Shown here one piece after another: positions 17,822-24,595 of a stretch of 64,000 nucleotides of DNA (the stretch's first letter is position 1; each line of letters opens with the position of its first letter). The stretch is taken from NCBI GenBank assembly GCA_043553855.1, contig CP121336.1, forward strand, positions 3,559,249 to 3,623,248. Direction: 5' to 3'. The notes under the pieces are model-generated. The model saw only the letters and a list, made by a program, of their open reading frames with translations. It did not search any database and was not told where the DNA came from. Both the position numbers and the translations under genes were made by a program. This stretch comes from Paracoccaceae bacterium (lineage in GTDB: Bacteria > Pseudomonadota > Alphaproteobacteria > Rhodobacterales > Rhodobacteraceae).

Positions 17822-18134
17822 CGTCGATCCGGGTCTGGCCTTTCTTGACCAGTGCAGGCTCGAAACTGCCGTCCCGGTCACGCGGCACGGCGATTGGCAC
17901 CTCGCCGTCCTGACCCTTCAGCCGCTTACTGGCTGTGCCGTTGCGCCGGTTGGACTGACCAAGAGGAGCATCCTTGCCTTCTTCATAACCAAGATGCGCG
18001 GTCAGCTCGGCTCCCAGCATGCGTTCCATCAACTTGATCCTGAGCTCTTTCATCAGCCCGGTATCGCCAAGCAGATCTTCAGGCCGTTCGCAGCCCTTCA
18101 AAAGTTCGTCCAGTAATTCCTTGGAAATCGTCAT
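17822..18134 (-). pseudogene. IS256-family transposase of copy A, N-terminal part
   Basis: MTISKELLDELLKG...KKGQTRIDG is identical to residues 1-105 of the copy-B transposase. There is one synonymous nt difference (G at 18009 against A at 15633). Confidence 0.9.
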
Positions 18135-18197
18135 CGTCCTTGCTCCTCTCAGGAAGCATGGACCAAAGCGCAGTTACACAGAAGATCGGACACTCTC
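17822..18197 (-). mobile_element. IS256-family element (type 2), copy A, 5' segment
   Basis: Resumes exactly after the IS66 TSD and ends at ..GATCGGACACTCTC (18197), as in copy B. The two segments minus the 8-bp duplication sum to 1333 bp, which equals copy B. Confidence 0.9.
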
Positions 18198-18258
18198 TGG
18201 CTGGCTTGCCATACCGCGTGAAAAGGAATTGTTCGGCATCACTTGGAGGCAGGGTCAT
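18198..18258 (-). pseudogene. 5' fragment of a split hypothetical ORF (continues at 13116)
   Basis: ATG at 18258 lies 81 nt downstream of the stop of the 414-aa gene on the same strand. The translation MTLPPSDAEQFLFTRYGKPA runs up to the IS256-A boundary. Confidence 0.3.
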
Positions 18259-18339
18259 TCCGCGACCCCCGCCTCATAGAAGTGGCCCGCGACGCCAGCG
18301 CTTTTTGAAATATAGTCTAGGGCCAATCTAAATCTCCGG

Positions 18340-19584
18340 TCAGCCTTTGCGTGCTTCGCCAGCAGCGTTGTACTCGTCATGTGCTTTGTCCCAGTTCTGT
18401 CCGGGGAAGGCGCGTCTGACGGCCTCAAGAAACTGAGGGTCCTGTAAGGTTTCGAAGGTGACGTCTTTGAAATCGACGTCCAAATCCATTTTTTTGATTA
18501 GGTCATCTGCCTTCGGAAAGGCCTTGTCGAGTTCGTGCGTCAGCCAAGCTTTTACATCTGATCCAAACAAGCCAACGGCAGCATCGGGCGGGTTTTGTTT
18601 GGCGAGAGGTAGATAATATTCAACGACAGCATCTCTTGACCCATCCAGCTGTACTTGAATGTCAGTCTTTACCCGCTTCTGGTACTCTTTCAGTTCCTCT
18701 CTCAGACTTGCAATTCTCTCTTCAAACTTTGGTTTTGCGGCTTTGAGGAGCGCACGACCAAATTTCTTTCCGAGGGATGGTGTGAAATCCTTTCGGAGCT
18801 TCGCGACTTTGTCATTGAGAGGTTTGGACGATATAGAGCTGTTTTTGGCAATCAGGTCGAAAGACGACTTCAGCCGTCCATCCAGTTCCTGCCCACCACC
18901 CAAAGCTTGAATTTCGGCCGGAATTGCTACGCGTTTCTTATCGATGGACGCATTCCGGAGCTCGACTTCTACATATTGAAGAAATGTATTGTAGACGCGA
19001 ACTTTGCGCGCAACATCGAACTTCGTAAGGGGGACTTCTTGGATCGCCTTGTCAATCTTTTCGATTGTCTCTGACGGAACTGCAGTAGGCGCATTTTCCA
19101 CTACGATGCTTTCAAGGTGCTGTCGCTCTTCGTCTGATTTTGCCATGACAAGAGCGACGGCCTTAGCGGAAGGGGAAAGCCTCGCCATGGCTTCTTTCGC
19201 CTGTTGGGGCGCAAGACGCATTGCGTTCGTGCCTTGATCGTCATGGTTCTCGGCTTCGAGCAACAGCGCAGTGGGCGTGAAGACGAAGCCTTCATCATCA
19301 ACGACCAGAAGGCCCATCCGCAGGCTGGGTGACGACTGTGTCGCAATCCCTGCGCCCTGTAGTTTCTTTATCGCCTTCAGGTCGCCGTAACCCATTCGGA
19401 AGACGCGCTCATCGAAATCCACACAGACGGTGATCAGGTCCGAACCGATACGACTTGCGACTCCGACCAAAGCATCTGCAACCGGGGTGTGCATTCCGGG
19501 GGCGGCAAAACACACAGATGCTTCCGCATTGGAGATCAGCACGGCCATTTCGTCCGACGACAGTGTAGAGAAGTAGGAACTCAT
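18340..19584 (-). CDS. Hypothetical 414-aa protein: N-terminal PLD/Nuc-like fold without the HxK dyad, plus a Lys/Glu-rich alpha-helical C-terminal half
   Basis: Long ORF in an AT-richer block. Residues 12-110 follow the Nuc/PLD pattern (..AEASVCFAAPGMHTPVADALV..ITVCVDFDE..LQGAGI..SLRMGLLVVDDEGFVFTPTA..), but R-x-G sits where H-x-K is expected. I recognise no family for the C-terminal half. Confidence 0.7.
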   Translation of the reverse strand: MSSYFSTLSSDEMAVLISNAEASVCFAAPGMHTPVADALVGVASRIGSDLITVCVDFDERVFRMGYGDLKAIKKLQGAGIATQSSPSLRMGLLVVDDEGFVFTPTALLLEAENHDDQGTNAMRLAPQQAKEAMARLSPSAKAVALVMAKSDEERQHLESIVVENAPTAVPSETIEKIDKAIQEVPLTKFDVARKVRVYNTFLQYVEVELRNASIDKKRVAIPAEIQALGGGQELDGRLKSSFDLIAKNSSISSKPLNDKVAKLRKDFTPSLGKKFGRALLKAAKPKFEERIASLREELKEYQKRVKTDIQVQLDGSRDAVVEYYLPLAKQNPPDAAVGLFGSDVKAWLTHELDKAFPKADDLIKKMDLDVDFKDVTFETLQDPQFLEAVRRAFPGQNWDKAHDEYNAAGEARKG

Positions 19585-19773
19585 GCTGCTTCTTCTCGAT
19601 CCCTTTCCCGGTCCTTCATTACGCGATGCCAGTTTGGACGATGCGCACGATAACTATGCGCACCCATTTTCTGTGCCTGCTTCACGCTACTTCGGAGTCT
19701 CTGCGTGTTCAATCGAAATGCTTCGTGTCATTGCCTTTTCGGATGCATCGTTTCGAATGGGGTGGAGGCTCGC

Positions 19774-19974
19774 TCAGACCTCACTGGGTGGATGGTCAGG
19801 AAAGCTCTGAACGTCGCGTTCAAATGCCTCGACATCGGACAGTCTGTACACGACCCGGCCGCCGATCTTCAGGTATCGCGGACCTTCCTTTGCCCAACGC
19901 CAGCGCTTGAGTGTTCGGTGGCTGATCTTCCAGCGGGCCGCCAGTTCTTTTTGATTCACACATACTTCGCTCAT
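19774..19974 (-). CDS. AlpA/excisionase-family (MerR-like HTH_17) DNA-binding protein
   Basis: 66-aa product: ..VNQKELAARWKISHRTLKRWRWAKEGPRYLKIGGRVVYRLSDVEAFE.. AAGGAG lies 7 nt upstream of the ATG. Confidence 0.75.
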   Translation of the reverse strand: MSEVCVNQKELAARWKISHRTLKRWRWAKEGPRYLKIGGRVVYRLSDVEAFERDVQSFPDHPPSEV

Positions 19975-20285
19975 TTTCGTCTCCTTTTGCGCAACTTATT
20001 TCGGTCGCAAGAGAACGAATGCGTGAGAAGAAAACCTATTCAAGTCGGTAGGTTGCGTGCTCGGAGGCTATGTTCGAAACAGGCGGACAAGGCGTGAATT
20101 GGCGCAAGCCCTAAAAGCCGCGTCGGAACGTTCGGGACGGAGCGGCCCCCATCGGCATGGGGTCGGACACTTTTCTCAAGATTTCAGGGATTTTCGTGGC
20201 GTCTAGATAAGATCCGAACTGCCAAAACAGCCGATTTAGTGTACGAGTCATTCCCTCCGCCACAAACCATTCGTGAACCCGAGAC

Positions 20286-20308
20286 GAGGCCCCAGCGCGG
20301 GCCTTTTT
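20286..20308 (+). terminator. Possible rho-independent terminator with no obvious upstream gene
   Basis: GGCCC-cagcgc-GGGCC stem-loop (20288-20303) followed by TTTTT (20304-20308). Confidence 0.4.
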
Positions 20309-20728
20309 CTGTGTCAAAGGGACTTGGCGCGGCCATCTGTCTTGCGCTGAATTGCTTTTGGATTAAATTTTTCTCCTCAAGCCCCCGTCTCTTTTCACTG
20401 AATCTTTATCCAGCTCGGGGAGCAATAAGAAATGTAATTTTTCTCAATAGCTTGACAGAATATTTTGCGCCGCAGTTGATGTGGGTTCAGCCCTTGCCAA
20501 CGCCAACAGAGACACCCAAAGGCGGAGTGGTTGCACGCGAGCCAAGAGCGTTTGAGCTGCACCCACCGCTGGACGCGCATGTCTCACTGACGGCGATTGC
20601 CTTTCAGGCCAGCTTTGGTTGACGCCTGTGCAAAGGATCAGAGCGCGGGTTTTGGTTGAATCGTGCACGTGCGGGAATATCTTTGCTGCAACACATGATT
20701 TTCACACCGCAGAGAGAGGCAAAGCGAT

Positions 20729-21247
20729 ATGGCACAGCAATCTCCGACCCGGCGCGGGTTGATCTCAACAGCGGGGGCGGCACTGGCCCTGGGGGTGTCG
20801 GGGCTGATCGTTCCGGCCCGTGCCAAAAGCGGCGGGCAATCAGGCGGATTGGCCGCGACACCAACGATGCGGGGCGGGGCCAATAATTACCGTCCCGGTG
20901 CCCCGATTGTGGATCGGATCGGCGGCGGCGGATTCTGGACAACCGGCACCGTGCGCCGGGAAGGCGATGGAATGCCCTTGGCAGGGCGTCGCATCCAGGT
21001 CTGGGCGCATACCACAGAGGGGCACGAACGTGACGCGCGCTCGCATGGGGCGACACTGACCGATGCGGATGGGGTGTTCCGTATCGAAATGCCGCAGATT
21101 GTTCCGGCCTTCGGTCAGCCGCACGGGCATTTGGCCTATGACGCGGATTACGACGATGGCGGGTTCGAGACAGTGTTCCTGCGGCCAGTCATGACGCGGA
21201 TGTCGGATACACGCCTGCACGTAGAATTTGTGCTGCGACCCGCGTGA
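20729..21247 (+). CDS. Tat-exported small dioxygenase-like (intradiol-dioxygenase beta-sandwich-like) protein
   Basis: Twin-arginine signal (SPTRRGLISTAGAALALG). The mature part resembles the small 'dioxygenase family' periplasmic proteins (..YRPGAP..GTVRREGDGMPLAGRRIQVWAHT..DADGVFRIE..). Confidence 0.6.
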   Translation: MAQQSPTRRGLISTAGAALALGVSGLIVPARAKSGGQSGGLAATPTMRGGANNYRPGAPIVDRIGGGGFWTTGTVRREGDGMPLAGRRIQVWAHTTEGHERDARSHGATLTDADGVFRIEMPQIVPAFGQPHGHLAYDADYDDGGFETVFLRPVMTRMSDTRLHVEFVLRPA

Positions 21248-21852
21248 TGAACTGGCGCGGCGCGGTGGTATGGCTGGCGCTGGGGCTTGCCATCCTCGCG
21301 CCCGTGTTCGTTGCTGCGCAAAGCCCGCTTTTGCAGTGGCGAGATCCTGTTTACGTCATCGCCGGTTTTGCGGGGATCGTCGGGCTGGCGCTTTTGTTGG
21401 TTCAGCCTTTGTTGATCGCAGGTGTCCTTAGGGGCATAGACAGACATCGCGCCCACATCTGGACCGGCATGGGGCTGGTTGTGGCGGTGGTGGTGCATGT
21501 TGCAGGGCTTTGGATCACCAGCCCACCAGACGTGGTGGATGTGCTGTTGTTCCGATCGCCGACGCCGTTTTCGGTATGGGGTGCTGTCGCGATGTGGGCG
21601 GTGTTTGGGGCCGCACTTCTTGCCGGTTTGCGCACATGGCTCAGTTTGCGGGTCTGGCGGCTTGGGCACAGTGCGGCTGTGATTGTGAGTGTCACGGGCA
21701 CCGTGGTGCACGCCTGGCTGGTTCAGGGCACCATGGGCACCGCGACCAAGGCCGCGCTGTGTATCTTGGTGCTGGGGGCGGCAGCTTGGGCCCTGCGCAG
21801 GCGCCGCGTGTGGCGTATATTGCGCAGGTCCGAACGTCATGGCGGGGGATAG
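21244..21852 (+). CDS. Ferric-reductase-like (MsrQ/YedZ-type) di-haem membrane protein
   Basis: Start (GTG 21244 or ATG 21247) overlaps or abuts the upstream stop. About six TM helices, with two H-x13-H pairs (HIWTGMGLVVAVVVH and HSAAVIVSVTGTVVH). Confidence 0.6.
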   Translation: MMNWRGAVVWLALGLAILAPVFVAAQSPLLQWRDPVYVIAGFAGIVGLALLLVQPLLIAGVLRGIDRHRAHIWTGMGLVVAVVVHVAGLWITSPPDVVDVLLFRSPTPFSVWGAVAMWAVFGAALLAGLRTWLSLRVWRLGHSAAVIVSVTGTVVHAWLVQGTMGTATKAALCILVLGAAAWALRRRRVWRILRRSERHGGG

Positions 21853-21878
21853 GCGCGCAAAATCTTACCTAAGAGGCC

Positions 21879-23024
21879 TCAGATACAGGCGGCGAACAAT
21901 TCGCGCAGGTTATCGGCGGTCAGAGGCACCGGATTGCCACCGCAGGACGGATCGGTCAGGGCGGAGGCGATCAGGTCTTCGACGCGGTCAGGTGTGACGC
22001 CCAGTGCGCCCAGCTTGCGCGGGATGTTCAGGCTGTCGTTGAGATCCTGAACAAAATCGCAGAACCCGGAAAACCCACCCTCGATGTCCAGATAGGCCGC
22101 TGCGCGGTCAAAGCGATCGGTGATCGCGGGCGCATTCAGGCGCAAGACTGCGGGCATGCAGACGGCGTTGGTGGTGCCGTGGTGGGTGTTGAACACAGCG
22201 CCGATGGGGTGGCTCATGGCATGGATCGCGCCCAGCCCCTTTTGAAAGGCGGTGGCCCCCATCATTGCGGCGCTCATCATCTGGGCGCGGGCCTCGATAT
22301 CGCTGCCGTCGGCATAAGCACGCGGCAGGTAATCCTTGACGAGGCGCATACCTTCCAAGGCGATCCCTTGGCTCATCGGATGGTAGTGCGGTGACGAAAA
22401 CGCCTCGACACAATGGGCAAAGGCATCAAGCCCGGTTCCGGCGGTGATCTGGCGGGGCATGCCCACCGTCAGTTCCGGATCGCAGATCACCACTGTGGGC
22501 AGAACCTTGGGGTGAAAGATGATCTTTTTCACATGGGTGCGGGAATTGGTCAGAACACTGGCGCGGCCAACCTCGGACCCGGTGCCGGCTGTTGTGGGCA
22601 CGGCCACGATGGGAGCGATGGCATCGCTGTCTGCCCGGGTCCACCAGTCGCCGATATCCTCGAAATCCCAGACGGGGCGGGTCTGACCGGCCATGAAGGC
22701 CACCATCTTGCCCAGGTCGATGCCTGATCCGCCGCCAAAGGCCACAACCCCGTCATGGCCGCCTGCGCGATAAGCCTCGAGCCCGGCGGCGAGGTTGTCT
22801 TCGTCGGGGTTTGCGTCCACGTCGGCAAACAGGCCGCGCCCCAACCCGGCACCGTCCAGCACGTCGAGCGCGCGCGCGGTGATCGGGAGGGCCGCCAGCC
22901 CCCGGTCGGTCACCAGCAGGGGCTTTTGCATTCCGGCCTGCGTGCAGGCCTGCGCCAGTTCCGATATCCGTCCGGCCCCGAAACGCACCTGCGTGGGATA
23001 GGACCAGTTTGCCACCAATGTCAT
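21879..23024 (-). CDS. Iron-containing (group III) alcohol dehydrogenase
   Basis: ..AFGGGSGIDLGK.. and metal-binding His motifs (..DAFAHCVEAF..HAMSHPIGAVFNTHHG..). ATG 23024 (MTLVANWSYPT) is preferred to the track start. Confidence 0.85.
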   Translation of the reverse strand: MTLVANWSYPTQVRFGAGRISELAQACTQAGMQKPLLVTDRGLAALPITARALDVLDGAGLGRGLFADVDANPDEDNLAAGLEAYRAGGHDGVVAFGGGSGIDLGKMVAFMAGQTRPVWDFEDIGDWWTRADSDAIAPIVAVPTTAGTGSEVGRASVLTNSRTHVKKIIFHPKVLPTVVICDPELTVGMPRQITAGTGLDAFAHCVEAFSSPHYHPMSQGIALEGMRLVKDYLPRAYADGSDIEARAQMMSAAMMGATAFQKGLGAIHAMSHPIGAVFNTHHGTTNAVCMPAVLRLNAPAITDRFDRAAAYLDIEGGFSGFCDFVQDLNDSLNIPRKLGALGVTPDRVEDLIASALTDPSCGGNPVPLTADNLRELFAACI

Positions 23025-23052
23025 TGTCTGTGTCTTTCTTGTCTTGCTGCCG

Positions 23053-24402
23053 TCAGGCGCGTTCAAAGCCGCGCGCGATCTCATAGTCGGTGACTACGCG
23101 GTCAAACTCTTCGATTTCCCAACTGGCGGCGCGGGCATAGTGATCTATCACGTCCTCGCCCATCGCGGCGCGCAGCATGGGCGAGCCTGCCAATGCGTCG
23201 CGGGCGTCGCGCAGGGTGCCGGGGATCATGCCGCTGTCGCCGTCATAGGCATCGCCGGAGAGCGGCGGGGCCAACTCTAGCGCCTCTTCAATGCCCGCGA
23301 TTCCAGCGGCGATCTGGGCAGCCATGGCCAGATAAGGGTTAAGGTCTGATCCCCCGATCCGGCATTCGATGCGCAGTGCCTTGCTGCCTTCGCCACACAG
23401 GCGGAATCCGGCGGTGCGGTTGTCCACCGACCAGACACAGCGCGTGGGCGCAAATGTGCCTTTCTGGAAACGTTTATAGCTGTTGATGTAGGGGGCCAGG
23501 AAATAGGTGAAATCCGGCGCGTATTTCAACAGGCCCGCCACATAGGCCCGCATCACCGGCGACATGCCAAACGCCGCACCCGGTTCAAAAAATGCGTTTT
23601 CACCGCTCTGCCAGAGAGATTGGTGCACGTGGCTGGATGATCCGACCCGGTCCTGATGCCATTTGGGCAGAAAGGTTGCTGCATGGCCCTGTGCCCAGGC
23701 GATTTCCTTGATCGCATGTTTGGCAATCGTATGGTGGTCCGCGGTATCCAGCGCAGGTGCATACCGGATGTTCAACTCCTCTTGCCCGGCTTCGGCTTCG
23801 CCCTTGGAGTTTTCAACCGGTATGCCCGCCGCATAGAGGTGATTGCGCACCGGACGCATCACGTGTTCTTCCTTGGTGGTCTGCAGGATGTGGTAATCTT
23901 CGTTATAGCCGCTGATCGGGGCCAGATCGCGAAATCCCGATTTGCGGATGTCGTCAAAGCTTTTCTCGAACAGGAAAAACTCCAGTTCGGTCGCCATCAT
24001 TGCGTCATAGCCCATCGCCGACAGTCGGGCGATCTGGCGTTTGAGCATTGCGCGTGGGCTGTGAGGCACCTCCTGGTGCGTATGATGATCGAGCACATCG
24101 CACAGCACCATCACCGTCCCGTCGAGCCATGGCATCGGACGCAGGGTGGCCAGATCAGGACGCATCACGTAATCGCCATAGCCCGATTGCCACGACGTAG
24201 ACGCATAGCCATCCGGGGTGGCCATTTCGAGGTCTGTGGCCAGAAGATAATTGCAGCAATGGGTTTCCTGCCACGCCGTGTCCACGAAGTGCCCCGCGTG
24301 AAACCGTTTGCCCATCAACCGGCCCTGCATGTCCACCAGACAAACCAGAACCGTATCCACGGCCCCCGACGCCACTTGTGCTTTCAGTTCCTCGAAATCC
24401 AC
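23053..24402 (-). CDS. Glutamine synthetase-family ligase (gamma-glutamyl-amine synthetase, PuuA-like)
   Basis: 449 aa with a GS beta-grasp N-terminus and a catalytic domain (..ELEFFLF..KWHQDRVGSSSHVHQSLW..NRTAGFR..). Confidence 0.8.
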   Translation of the reverse strand: MDFEELKAQVASGAVDTVLVCLVDMQGRLMGKRFHAGHFVDTAWQETHCCNYLLATDLEMATPDGYASTSWQSGYGDYVMRPDLATLRPMPWLDGTVMVLCDVLDHHTHQEVPHSPRAMLKRQIARLSAMGYDAMMATELEFFLFEKSFDDIRKSGFRDLAPISGYNEDYHILQTTKEEHVMRPVRNHLYAAGIPVENSKGEAEAGQEELNIRYAPALDTADHHTIAKHAIKEIAWAQGHAATFLPKWHQDRVGSSSHVHQSLWQSGENAFFEPGAAFGMSPVMRAYVAGLLKYAPDFTYFLAPYINSYKRFQKGTFAPTRCVWSVDNRTAGFRLCGEGSKALRIECRIGGSDLNPYLAMAAQIAAGIAGIEEALELAPPLSGDAYDGDSGMIPGTLRDARDALAGSPMLRAAMGEDVIDHYARAASWEIEEFDRVVTDYEIARGFERA

Positions 24403-24542
24403 GGTGTTTCCTTCTTTGGTCCAAACGCCTGTTCTGTCATCGTAGCCCCAAACCGACGCAGGGGTCGAGACGTCAGAAGGCCCGATCGGCAGGAACCGTC
24501 AGTGTCGTCATGCAACGGGCAAAAAACAGGACGTAAACCACG

Positions 24543-24574
24543 CAAAAACCCCCGCAGTTGCCTGCGGGGGTTTT
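24543..24574 (-). terminator. Rho-independent terminator after pdhC (bidirectional shape)
   Basis: CCCCCGCAG-ttgc-CTGCGGGGG (24549-24570), flanked by AAAAA upstream and TTTT downstream. Confidence 0.7.
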
Positions 24575-24595
24575 GTTTCACTCTGTAAACCCTGA

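Noticed and set aside
20111-20317. 68-aa minus-strand ORF upstream of the AlpA-like gene (MTQKKARAGASSRVHEWFVAEGMTRTLNRLFWQFGSYLD..)
   Set aside because: It starts at TTG with no RBS, has no recognisable motif, and its 5' end overlaps a terminator-like hairpin. The evidence is insufficient, but it would be worth re-checking if homologues of the island are found.
20640-20665. tRNA-like T-arm strings (GGTTGAATCG at about 20652; GGGTTCAGCCC at about 20483)
   Set aside because: No complementary T-stem, acceptor stem or anticodon arm can be built around them. I found no tRNA, tmRNA or rRNA anywhere in the window.
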